The translations under genes were made by a program, and so were the position numbers. A DNA stretch of 64,000 bases, from contig CM060733.1 of the NCBI GenBank assembly GCA_030704615.1, positions 25,110,001 to 25,174,000 of the forward strand, written 5' to 3'. Position 1 is the stretch's first letter. Each line of letters opens with the position of its first letter. The notes beneath the pieces are model-generated. The model was not told the DNA's origin. It ran no database searches and saw nothing but the letters and a program-made list of their open reading frames with translations. Shown in pieces: positions 1-12,482 of this stretch. This stretch comes from Takakia lepidozioides (taxonomy: Eukaryota > Plantae > Bryophyta).

Positions 1-1
1 A

Positions 2-1230
2 ATGGCAACAGATTTAACAAAAACTATAGAGAAGTTAGAGGGTCCCAATTTTTCCACATGGAAAATACGGATGTTGTATCTTCTCAAGAGAAATAACTTA
101 TGGGATTTAGTTATTGGTACTGAAGTTAAACCAGCTAGTAGGACATCCCCCGGAGGAACAGTAACAAATCCACCAACAACAGGCTAGGTTCAATTGCTAA
201 TTGGGAGGATAAGGATAGAACTGCCCAGATGCTTATAGTGGACAATGTTATAAATTCCTGTCTAGGTCATGCTACATCTGGTCTAACTGCGACAAAAAAT
301 TGGTCGGAATTACAACGAATGTATCAGAATAAGGACACGATGAATAAGATATATTTAAGAAAGAAATATGTTAATTTTCTCATGCAAGAAGATGATGATT
401 TGACAAAACATCTTCATGAGTTTAAAATGCTTTTAGAACAATTGTCATGAGTTGGGGTAAGTTATACTGATGAAGATAAAGTTGAAACTCTTCTTGGAAG
501 TCTCCTGATTCATATGATCCAGTAGTAATGACACTTGAGAACCAGTGATTTTTTTCTTGAATTTGAAAAATAGCACGAATGGCTATTAAATTTTACAAGA
601 AATAGCTATATATTTTGTTCATCCATTGAAATTTGGATAGAATCATCCTCCTATGTACTTCATCCATTTATATCATCCATATTTGGTGAATTCATCCATT
701 ATTATTTTATCTTTGTAGTAGTTTGGCGATTTCATCCATGAAAAAATTGGGAATTTACAACAGAATATTCCTCTTTTTTTTTTTGAGGTCGCCATTTGGC
801 GATTTTTCGCCAAGAAAAAAAACACTGTTGAGAACACTAGAGATCTAACCTTTCAGGATGTATTATCAAAATTAATGCAAGAGCATATTCGACGAAACAA
901 ACATAGAAATTCTACACATACAAGGGATCCACAGCTTTGTGGGTTGGCAGAAAAACCTCACAAAGTGGGCAGTCCACTAACCCTCGTGGTGCCGAGAATA
1001 GCACATCTAGTGAGAGTTCTATGTCCCGCCCCAACACTGGATCTAGTTTTAATAATAAAAACAACAATCAGAATAAGAAAAAGGGAGTATATAATTATTG
1101 CAAGAAACCAGGACTCACACTATAAGAAGGAGTCAGTCGGAAGTATTTAGCGGATGTTAAAGCAGGAAAGAGTCAAAGTTGGTCCCAACCAACAGGGAGA
1201 ACCGGCAGCAGTTACATGCTAGCCGACTGA
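2..1230 (+). mobile_element. Ty1/copia retrotransposon gag remnant (disrupted, truncated before protease)
   Basis: KLEGPNFSTWKIRM..L....LWDLV N-terminus, then W..L..MY/LRKKY..F.M.E....HL..F (Retrotran_gag_2-like), then LLGSLP.SY.PVV, and a knuckle remnant YNYCKKPGL near 1088-1140. Contains stops, frameshifts and a MITE insertion. Confidence 0.85.
543..827. mobile_element. Non-autonomous hAT-like MITE inserted in the copia gag
   Basis: Terminal inverted repeats CAGTGATTTTTTTCTTG / CAAGAAAAAAAACACTG, with a perfect 8-bp TSD TTGAGAAC at 535-542 and 828-835. Removing it restores gag PVVMTLENTRDLTFQDVLSKLMQE. Confidence 0.85.
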
Positions 1231-1854
1231 TTTCCAGAATTTCCGAATGAATATGAAACCTCACGAAATGGATCCGAGGGAAAAAATGGCCGAAGCGGAA
1301 ATCAACCGGGTGCCCTACTTTTAGGAAGGATATTTGCCTTTCCATTTCATTACAGATAGGAAATCTGCCTTAGTTGGCAAGGCCTGGACGGATTCCGGCC
1401 CTTCTTATATTACAAAAAACGGAAATGGCCGTTGAAGTCTGCCACATGGCAGAAATCCAACGTGCCAGTCCGGGGTACATCCAAGGAAGGGCGTTTAGTT
1501 GAAAAAATATTGAACTCAAGAGGGCGGGGGCGGGCAAACCCTACTAAGTCTGGACGCTGCTCTCGCAGCCCCACGCCTGCTTGCACTCCCTACCTGCTAT
1601 CACAGCTCACCTGTCCACGCGGGTTCAATTCTTGGCCTCCATGTGGTTTGAGGGCATTGACAGGTCCAACTTCTATAAGGATACAATGTTCTTCACTTGT
1701 TTGAATTGCTTAAAACTGGTTGTGATTATTTTTTATTTATTTATTTTACTTATTGTTGTGCATTTGACACTTGTGTTGTCAACCGGTTGATATTTCTAAG
1801 GGCCGGATTTATAGCTGAACACAAAATAAATCATTAGGAAAAAAAATGTCTAGC

Positions 1855-2484
1855 TCCTACATTATATAAGTTCTCTGTAGCAGCTGAAACTGCAGCCACC
1901 GATTGAGGCACAATATGTTTTCATTACATCTGTAGGTCCCATGTCTCGGAGATGCTATATGAGAAATCGTTGCCGCCAGTGTGTATAATGTATAATCCAT
2001 TTTCATAATTTTCTGAAGTCGGTATCGATTCTCTTGACAATTTTGATTTTGCATTGGTTTTGAAATCCAAAAATTGCTCAACTTGAAGCTCAAGGTGATA
2101 TGGAACCAAGTAATCGTCGTTTCGTGCGGTAGCTCCAGCATAAGCAAAGTTAATCCCATGTCGAAAATTTGAGTTCTTACGGTTTGTTATATATGCTTGA
2201 ATTGGGGTGAGGAAAGGAAGTCCAAAGCGTGAGTGACGAAATCAATCACAACACGCCCATTCGAAAAACGACCCGCCGGACGTCCAAAAAAATGTTTCTC
2301 CGTAAGGACTATTCAAGTACAATTGTTCGTTTGATGGAAATGTTAATTGATCATTTCCAGTATTATACAGCGAATCTCCGAACATGAACACAACACCCGA
2401 TGGACAACTTGATTTGACCGGATTGAAAGCTGAAGATAAGATCACTAGAAGCAACAACGCACCTCTTACGGGGGTTGGTATCAT
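1855..2484 (-). pseudogene. GDSL esterase/lipase pseudogene, N-terminal half, intron-less
   Basis: Signal-peptide-like MIPTPVRGALLLLVILSS, block I FGDSLYNTGN, PYGETFF then a frameshift to GRPAGRFSNGRVVIDF, GINFAYAGA, and block III LYIIHTGGNDF. Frameshifts and stops are present. Confidence 0.85.
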
Positions 2485-2898
2485 GTGAGCACGGCGTGAG
2501 CACAACCCGTGGTCATAGGGGTTAAATGTTTTCAAACCGCGATCATAGGAATTACATGTTAACAGGCACGGTGCATATGAGTACCTTTATATTTATTTTT
2601 TCAATGCGAAAATGACTTGTCTAGGGCTTAAACTACCGATACCCAGACTGAAAATCGCAATTTTTGTTTTTCTGGGGTTTTATGGGGTATCCAGTTCGCA
2701 TAACGTGAGGAAACCCCACGCCCATAGGGTAACATATTTATCGTTTATAGGTGTTACTTGTTTCTTAAGTGATGTTGTGAGGGCCTATGTGAGGAGTTAA
2801 AAAAAGTTTCGCAAAGTTTTTAGTTTCTCAATTTTAGTTTCGTTAGAGAATATTCGAAAGGCATCTAGGGAATATCCTTAAATATTCGCTTTTGCCCA

Positions 2899-3258
2899 TG
2901 TAAGCATGCTCACACGCTACCCAACCTCACCTCTTACAATACGAGGCATCGTGTTTGACATTGCGACCAATACAAGACTACGTACCCCAAACTTGATGGG
3001 TGGAGGTGTATACCAACACTATTTAGCAACAGCCAGCAAAGAGGGAAAGAGCGCTCTACCAAGAACTGAGCAAGGTCCAGAAGAGATGAGAGAGAGAGCT
3101 ACCAAAACTATATCTCAGTAGCTATGAGCATGAGGTAGCAAGCAAGGTCAAAAGAGAGAAGAAGAAGTGTGAGATCGAATAGAAAACTGCGTCTTTATAT
3201 ACAGTTTGTCTCAAATGCTTTTTTATTGTCTTTTGAACGTTTTCTAAAGAGTGTGACA
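2899..3258 (-). mobile_element. Possible LTR remnant
   Basis: On the minus strand: TGTCAC...TTACA termini, an internal TATATAAAG followed by a CT-rich tract, and TGG immediately after the 3' end. No TSD or second copy is visible. Confidence 0.25.
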
Positions 3259-3773
3259 CAACCATAAGCAACTTTGTTGAAAAAGAAAAGATTTTTTTCA
3301 TTAAAAATTTATCTTTTCATGAAAGAAGAAAAAAAAAAGAAAAAAAAAGATTGACAACACGGCCAAAAGTATTAAATACTTCCATACATAAGTTGGATAA
3401 CTCCTCTCTCACATTGAGAGAGGAGTGTAACTCAGAGACAGGGTGGGTCTCTTGGACAGGTGTACATGGAATGGCCCAATGACAAGAAGTGTGAAGAAGA
3501 CTGAATACTCTGAGAAGGGGACTGAGAGACAGTATATATACATCCATTGCTCACTGTCTCTTTGCCCACAAAGAGTGAGATGCTGGTTCCGTCTCTATTA
3601 GTGGAGCTAGTGCTTGCAAGAATTGTGAGGACCCATCATCCGATTGTCTGGCAATGCGCAGGTTTGCAGCAGTGTTTGAGTGTGGGGGTTGCTGGCTGAA
3701 ACCTTGGCCAGAGTTGTGAAACATTGGAAGCCGATTCAGGTGGGGGGGACAAGGGGCAGAGGAAGTTGGGAGG

Positions 3774-6700
3774 ATGGTGCACAACGCGTTTGATGCAGTG
3801 CAAATAATCAAGGATTGCCCTGTGAAAATAGAGAGTTTGGGGCTATGGGGTCCTCGCTTGCTGGTGGGCTGCATGGATGGGTCGCTGCGCATGTACGCCC
3901 CAGAGTTGCCGATGGACGATGGGATTGGAGTTGATCTCGACCCTGAAGAAGCTGCGCACTCGTATGTATTGCGGGACACACGCATTGGGTTTGCCAAGAA
4001 GGCTGTCATCGCTATGGATGTGTTGCAGTCGCGCAGCCTGCTGATAGCTTTGTCCGACGCCGTGGCGATCCACAAACTCCCTGACTTTGACGTGGTTTCT
4101 TACCTGACGAAGACCAAGGGTGCTTCATTGTATGCATGGGATGAGGATCGAGGCCTCCTGTGTGTTGCCAAGGCCAAACGTCTTTTCCTGTATCGATATG
4201 ATGGTTTGCTTCTATCTCTTGTCGTTTCTTGTCAAACTGTTTCAAAGAAGCCCTTGGCTTGTGTGATTTGATTACTCGTGGGTGCTAGGCAACACCTCAG
4301 AATTCTGAGCCGAGGACGTGATGACGATAATAACTGTTAGCTTACATATTTCTACTTAGGTACAGGGGTTTCTTTGTTATTCAAATCTGTTTCCGGAAGC
4401 TTTGGGATTCACCAGTAAACTAGTGGGGCGCCTTTCTCTCTATCTGTAGGAGGTTAACTTATGGTTTTGTCTGGGATTGCAGGAAGCCGGGAATTTACAG
4501 AGGTGAAGGAGCTGACTGCACCCGATGCGGTGAAATCCATGGCCTGGTGTGCTGACTCACTGTGTCTGGGCATCAAGCGCGAATACATCATATTGAACAT
4601 TGCCACAGGTGCAACTTTTGAAGTCTTCCCGTGCGGCAGAATTGCAGCACCATTGGTAGTTTCTCTCCACAATGGAGAGCTTTTGTTAGGAAAGGTGAAT
4701 CTACACAGTCTGTTTTAAGTAGGCATTCTTTTCTGTGCTTTTCCTTCCATGAGCAGCTCTTCATGCCTTTTGGAGCAACTTCAACCTAGGCTTACAATCT
4801 GGTTTTGGCGTCTGAAGCAGTTGCTATGGCATTGCTAGAGTGCAACACACTCTGAAGAGGCATCTGGATATAGATAGTAATGCTTTAGGCAGCAGAAGCA
4901 ATGCTAAACTCATATAGAAATGCTGCTGCAGGACAATATTGGAGTGTTCCTGGATCACAATGGCAAATTGACACATTCGGGTGATGGTAACTTAAGTTGG
5001 TCGGAGGCACCTGGCACAGTTGCAGTATATCCCCCATATGCCCTTGCACGATTGTCACGCTTCATTGAGGTTGCTTCTGTATCTATCTTTCATGCTATTG
5101 TGGCCTCTTGAGTTTGGCTGGATCAAGGGGATGCTTGTTTTTAGATGAGACAGACGTTTGGGTCTGCTGCATCACTGAGCAATGTCCCTCACCTCAGAGA
5201 TGTCACCTTTGTCTCTATCGACATGTCATTTGCTGCCCCACTGCTTATGGGGCTCTGCTTAGAAGTTCCCGAACTGTGCTGTACCAAAGTGATGTTTGTG
5301 ATTTGGATGCACACTGTGGTCTGCAGGTGGATATCGCAGGTAATGCTTGCAAGGTTCCAAAAAATTGTTTGTTACTGGATTGGCCCATTTCATGTTGCGC
5401 TGACCCTTTGTTTCATCCAGTCGGTATGGGTTGCTCACACATGAGGATTGGAAGTATGAGATTGGAAGTTCTCATAGGGACTAGATCCTGGGTGAATGGG
5501 AGCAGGTACGTTCACTGAGAGCACCATATGGGCTGGTTCAGACTCTACCACTTCGGGAGTTGCAGATACTTCTTGCAACTGAAGCAGGCCTGGTGGCAGC
5601 CTCTGACACTTCAGTATATCGGCTTCTGCCAGTTGCTGTAGGTGTGCAGGTATGAGAATATGTAGGTCCCAATCATTGATCCACGCACTAGTTGGTAGAG
5701 CAGAGTAGTTCTGTGGAATTACTAGCATGGGCTTCAACTGGACTCAATTTGAGGAATGTCGTAAGACTTATGTCAAAAAAATAGGTGGCTTACATGATAT
5801 GTTGGCACCCAAATCAGGCACGGGGTCTAGGCTACAGCAAACAACATCTTATGAGTACATTATATGATGTGTCGGAATTTTGTGTGGCGACTGCAAGAAT
5901 TGTTCAATCCACCCCATGCCACTCAGCTGTTGTGGGGTTCAGGTAGTGCAACTGGCAGCATCGGGTAACTTTGATGATGCCCTCGCACTATGCAAGCTTC
6001 TGCCACCTGAAGATGCAGCACTGCGAGCTTCTAAAGAGGATGCTATCCACATAAGGTAATACTTTTCTCATTAGTTCTCTGTCTTAGGCTTGCTAGCTAG
6101 TGCGTATCTATGAAAAGCTTTAGCTGCTCCCTGACAACCAGTCTTTGAACCTCCCTGAATATAGTGGCTGTTGTGATCGTCACATATGGCAACACCTATT
6201 CCAGCAATTTAGTAAGAAAATAGTTCATTTTGCGTTGATTTGGGTGGTAAAAGCTCCTAGTTGATCTAAGTACTTGTCACTCGGAAGGTTGGTGTCTATC
6301 TGTGATGCGATCCTTGTATAAGGAAATGCATCGAGCCTCAACTGGTTTGTGGCTGCTCGAACACTGTCTGCTCCTTTCGAACCTGTGACACGCTTTGGAG
6401 TTGTATTACCATGGATGCTGAATAGTTCTGGGAAAATTGCATTAAATCCTTTCATTTTGGTGACTCCCACTTGTAGCTTGTCCCAAAAGACATCACACAT
6501 TTGGTGGTTTTTACCTCATTTTTCTGTTCCATGGCCTTTCAATGCTAAATTATAAGCGAGTGGTTGGCGATTATGGGGTGCTAATATGGGGCTTTGGAAG
6601 CAGGTATGGTCAGTATCTTTTTGATCAAAGGGAGTATGAAACTGCAATGGAACACTTTGCCGCGTCATCCCTTGATTTGGCCACAATTCTCCCATTATTT

Positions 6701-9700
6701 CCCTCCATCAAGTTACCACAGGTGCGGATAAGTGAAGCAGGGGCAACTCCTCTTGAGGACCAGCCTACGGTACAATCAAGCGAAAGGTCCCTGTCTCACC
6801 TGTCTTCAGATCACTTGGACAGTCCCAGAGCAGATGCAGCGTCTACCTCACAGATACTTACACCATTGGAGGCATCTGATAGCAGACAAAACAAAATTGC
6901 TCTAGGTGCCCTTGGAACGTTTCTGATGAAGAAAAGGGGTGCTGTAATTGATAAGGCTGAGACCGAGGATACTGAGGCAGTGGTGGCAGCCATGGTTGAG
7001 GGGGCTGGAGGTTCACGCGGATCTCCTGCTATTAGAAGGGTGAAAGCCTTGATAATCCTTGGCCTGTTTGTGGTTTCTAACCCTATGCTTTGTTTTCATA
7101 CTTGCCACCAAAGCAGTAGCCAGGGAACCCATTTTTGGTGGAACTGGTGAGCAACAGCATTTTTTCAGGGCATTGTTGAAATGCCTTTGGTTCTTTTGCG
7201 TAAATGACTGCAACTTTTAGATGGTGTTGTATGAAGTTTGAAGTGCCACCCACCCACTTATTGGGTTCACCTGAAGGCAGTGGTGCTTTATCTCGGTAAT
7301 GACCATCAGGAGGCTGAGCCATCTGTATTCGAAGTAATGGGGAAAAGCTCTGGTATCTGAGGGCTCCCACTGCCTTGAGGCACATGGTAGACCTAGGGCG
7401 TATTCCATCTTTGTCCAATGCTCCGTCCCTCTTTAGCCACTCTCCGAGCAAAGCTGCTGATTGCTCAGGTTTTGTTGGTAAGAGGAAGTGCAATTGCCCT
7501 GGTTACAGCTTTGGTTATCATGAATGATCTCTTGGGAAGGAGTTTCACCTGTGTCAGCCACCACAGAGTTGTTGCTACAGTGGTAAGAGAATTGGACATC
7601 CAATATAAAGGACTCTCCTGTGTTTATGACAGTATGCAGAGTCTGGAGCAGAGAAGAAGGTAGAACGGCGCCATCATGCAAGGGAGCTGGCCATTGTCTT
7701 GGACACAGCACTTGTCCAAGCACTATTGGCCACTGATCATTCAACGACAGCACTACAGCTGCTGAAGGGACCCAATTTTACTGATGTGGCAGCCTGTGAG
7801 GATGTCATGTTGGCGGGTGGCCATTATGCGGTACTCCTGCAACTATACAAGTACAATCACAGTCATCGACAGGCTCTCCTCCTTCTCAATCGTCTTGCTG
7901 AACATCCAGAATCTTTTGCTGTGCCTCCTGCAGACCCTGAACAGTTTGGTTCTCAGGCAATTTTGGACTACCTTCAGGTACGTTGTATTTTCATTCTTTT
8001 CTGTGGATTTTTCTGCTTCAGTGGCAATATCATGAATTTGCTGGAACACTTTGCCTTGCAAGGCTGCTCATGGTGGTTGTAAAAAAGATACTGCGGAGGA
8101 GAAGAGAATAAATGGTGGGTTTCAACTTCGTTAAGCACCTTTCCCACTTGGGAAGAATATCCTATTAGCCTACAGGCCTGGCACCCCTTATTCAGCCCAA
8201 TATGACAACCTTCATATTGAAGTTTGAACTAATGTTGGACAGGCAGTGACACACTTAGGTGAATGTGCATGTGCAGTCACTTGGGGGTCTGGACCATTCG
8301 CTTGTCATGGATTACTCAACATGGGTTTTGAAGAGCAATCCAGAACAAGCTCTGGCCTTATTCACATCCATGGACCCTCCTCTGCCCCCCACTCTTGTGC
8401 TGTCACATCTCAAAGAGAATGCGCCACACCTGCAAGTCCCATATTTGGAGCAAGTCATGAGTCATCATCCTGAGACTGCATCAGGAGACCTTCAAAATGA
8501 GCTGGTATTAGCACACTTCATGTCCAAATTAGTATGAAAGCTGTTGACTTGCGTGGGTTCATTGGTCCTGGAGCTTGTGTTTAAGTGGTCATTTTTCTTT
8601 CCAGACAGTGACATTTATTTCTTGTCTATTGTTGCCACTCCTTATATGAATGTTCAGTACACAGGGTCTAGGCAGAAGCGTAGGGTGGGTTGAGTGGAAA
8701 TTACTTGAATTGGAGATCAGTTCTGCATATTTAGTACGATGTGTCTATATAGCACGAGGTGTATGCGTCCTCCCAGCTCTTCATCTAAATTGGGGAACCC
8801 ATAAATCTTGGGTATCGATCTAGTTTGGAAGCTTACCATCAGGTCTTTGGCTTCAATTATCAAAGGACGCTTGGGCCTGTCAAGTACCAGTTGTCCACAG
8901 AGGATTTATCAATCTATCCAAAAGCATCCCCAATCTTGTCGATGCCATCTGTAAGAGTATTTTACTGCATTTTTACTTAACTTTTATATGACATCAGCTC
9001 TAAGCAATGCTGTAAATATGCAAGATTTTCATCATTCAGGGTGACATTGACAATGTATGTGCAACTAGGTACAACTGTACCTTACCAAAGTGGTGGAAGA
9101 ATGGTCTGAATTGGATTCTCAAGGGAAATGGGATGAGCGCCAACACAGTGAGGCTCGTCAAAAGCTCTTGGCTGCCCTGGAATCTTCGTCCTACAGTGCG
9201 GAGCGCCTGCTTCAGCGTCTTCCTGTAAATGGATTGTATGAGGAAAGAGCCTTTCTGCTAGGGCGCATGCGACAGCATCGTCTTGCCCTAACTCTCTACG
9301 CGCACAAGGTTTGCACCACACTCGTTCCATTACAAGGCCTACATACATCATGGCATATTGATTACTTCTGATTCTCATCTTCTTCAAGTGATTAGGATGG
9401 CCAATTTCAGGCTCCTAGATGACCTTCAGGTGCTTGTCTTGTGGTGCTGTTTCAGGCTCTTGAACTGTTTCAGTTATCCTAGTGGAGTGAGCCCCTCACA
9501 AAGGTTTTGTCTATTCCCTATGTTTCTGTCCAAACTGGGCGCAAGGTCTATGGCCACAAGGTTATGACAAACAAAGTCTTATGAGTACATTCTATTTTGT
9601 CCTCGCTTCTTTTTCTTCCTTTCTTTTTTTACATGTTTCTTTTTTGTTGTCCCTATTTTTCTTCTCTCTGCTGTTTGTTTCTGGTTTGCTCTTCTGAATC

Positions 9701-12482
9701 CTGAAGGTCAGATCTCAGTACTTCTTTTTTGGCCACCTTTAATTGTTGTATGGAGATATCTCAATACTTAAGGAGGATATCTAAATTTTCTAAAACACTT
9801 GAATTGTGTAATTTAGTACAACTGAGGATACAAACTGAGAGTGTTTTGGAAAATTAAACACAAGGGTAGGTGTCACAAGAAAGTTGCCTCATGTTTGATA
9901 CTCATGTTATTTCTTAAACTTCCACACAAGGATCAGATAGTCTAGTCAGGTGGGAGCCCCTGCACGCAGATTGTCTATCTCCTCCCCTTGGGTATTGCTC
10001 TTCTAGTACATCCAAGTTTATTAAAATTGATGAAACTTAACAAAGACCACTTTTTGAATGGAGCTAAGGAACAGCCCTTTTTCGTCGAGGCTGGGGTTTT
10101 TGAAAATCGCAGCAGAAAAACAAAAAATACTTTTGATTTGTTGCGACTATCAAGTTAGATCCCATCACTCTCCAAACCCCACGGGCACTTGGTGGGAGCA
10201 ATAATTTGTGTCTTTTTTGCAGCTTCATGAATCCGAACTTGCCCTGGCTTACTGCGACCGTGTGTTTCTCTCTTCAACATTGGGAGTAAGGAATAGCACC
10301 ACAACAATTGGGCAGTCGGGATTAGGACCCTATCCAAAGGATCCAGCAGCTGCCAACATCTATCTGACTCTGCTAGAAGTCTATCTCAAACCCCGAGCAG
10401 TAATCAAGGAGTTTGACCGCTCCATAGCGAGTCTGGCCCCATCTAGGTATCCCACGAATCACAGGCCCGGTACAACCCCAAGGACCAAGGGGCATGCAAA
10501 CAAAAAGATTGCACAGATAGAGGAAGGTGAAAACATATTACTCCAAATGTTTGACTTACAGTTGTCAACAACTTTCGTATTAATCAGATCATGGATGAGC
10601 ACAAGATAACCCAGTACACAGACTAAAATTGTTCTCATAGTTCAAACTTCAGAGGCTCAGTTGCTAGGTTGCCAAGAAAGGGAAGGACTATGTATATCTG
10701 TTTCATATTCAGGTCCAGCACACCGTACAGTAGGAGTGGTGTCTTTGCTGAAGCTTGAAGAGAACCTTCAGAGTTTGGGTTTGATGGGCGGCAAGAGCCT
10801 CTGAATGATTCTTATTCTGCTCATTTCCACCAGGTGCAGATTACAGTTGGCAGAACATGAGCAGCACTGACAGTACGGCTGAGAGTGGGCGCAGTGAGGG
10901 TGAGTCAGAGGCAACTGAGCAACAGGGAATCACTCTGACTGATGAAGGCTTGATGTTGGAGGAGGCACTTGGTCTTCTTAGCAAAAGATGGGATCGTTTG
11001 GATGGCGCTCACGCCCTCCGCATGCTTCCCTCTGACACCAAGCTTCAGGTATGAGAGCTTTGGAGACAGTTAACTGAAAGGTAGAAACCGTTATTTGTTT
11101 TCTGAGCACCGGCATTTGCTTCTCCAGTATTGCACATGGTTTCTACAGCAAGGTTGGAGCAGGTCTGTGTGCACTGCCTTATTGTCGCTTGACTGGGTAG
11201 TAATTATTGGAAATTCAGATCGTGACCACTCATTGTTTTGGGCTTTTGATGCACGGACTTCCCTGAGGTTGCTGCAAGTCAGACCTTGTAGAGAGACTAG
11301 TGGAGTTTGCGATGTTTACTACTCAACTATGATGGGGAAATGATACCAAATGAGAGTGCAAGTGAAAAGGCCTGTGGAATAACTGAGAATTGAGAATTGG
11401 GGCTGGTTCACGAATGTTTTTCTCAAATGATTTTGACTGCAGGAATTGCTCCCTTTCTTGGAGCCCTTGCTGCGAAAATCAACTGAGGCCAATCGAAATG
11501 CAATGGTGATTAAGAGTTTGCACCGCAGTGAGAACCTTCAGGTATACGTAATTGCATGATAAACTGTTGCAGCATCCAACCTTTCCTGACAAGCTCTTGA
11601 GTGTTAATGGGGCCAAGCTCTTAGAACTGTGGATGCAACTGGTCTTTCGCTGATTCCCTGATTGCATGGGGCTCTCTGAGAGGGTGTGATCTTCCTGGGA
11701 TGAGCCAACAGAAAGGGCTAAGGATTGCAAAAGAGAGGCCAGAACTGGTCATGGGGCCTCTCCTAGAATAGGAGGAAGGGGCCCTTGTTGTAGGGGCCCT
11801 TGTTGTAGCCCTAGATCTAACACTCAAGAAGGATTTTGTTGGCTTTCTTCCATAATTTGAGGATTGTTGGCTCTTAATCTGAAGCAATGCATTGCACACT
11901 TCGTCATATAGCTTATGTAAGAGAAATGACAATCCCTGCAAGAGCAATGTTAGGCCACTGCTCTCAACTGCAACATATCTGCTTTCAACCAGTGGCCTGA
12001 CATTGCTCTTGCAGGATTTGTCATTGCTCCCGCATAAGCCACCATGACAAAGTCCACAATGCACTACACGAGGGAAAGGGCCAACAATCTCTGAAATGCG
12101 TTACTCTGGAGGAGAAGCCAATAAAATCTTTGTTGAGCGTTAGATGTATGGTTACTTTTCCTACAACAAGACATCTTTGAGGACTATGAGACAAGATTGT
12201 CGACCCTTTTGCTGACGTGATACATGGAGTGTGTACTTCCATTTATTAGACATTGATTCCTTGGCAGTCCTGAAAGCTTACATGGCATGACAGGTTCAGG
12301 AGGAGTTAATGCAATGCAGGAAGCGAATGGTGAAAGTGACAAGTGACCGGACTTGTTCTATTTGTCATAAACGTATTGGCAGCAGTGTATTTGCTGTATA
12401 TCCCAGTGGCACCCTTGCCCACTTCGTGTGTTATCGGGACCGCCAAAGCTCCAAGCCTGTGGCCTCAACTGGAGCAGGATGA
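3774..12482 (+). CDS. VPS39: Vacuolar protein sorting 39 / Vam6 (HOPS subunit; CNH domain, CHCR repeat, C-terminal Vps39_2 zinc-binding region)
   Basis: Start MVHNAFDAVQIIKDCP resembles plant VPS39; C-terminus CSICHKRIGSSVFAVYPSGTLAHFVCYRD. Phase-consistent GT-AG exons: 3774-4203, 4483-4694, 4932-5069, 5506-5649, 5943-6055, 6604-7039, 7633-7977, 8277-8504, 9069-9308, 10223-10526, 10834-11048, 11443-11541, 12294-12482. Confidence 0.95.

Noticed and set aside
1230-1850. Promoter/LTR-like sequence after the copia gag, and ORFs 1432-1704 and 1581-1790
   Set aside because: No definable termini, TSD or protein motif, so it cannot be classified.
3551-4075. 174-aa minus-strand ORF and similar antisense ORFs over VPS39, MTP6 and pol
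   Set aside because: Shadows of real coding exons on the opposite strand.
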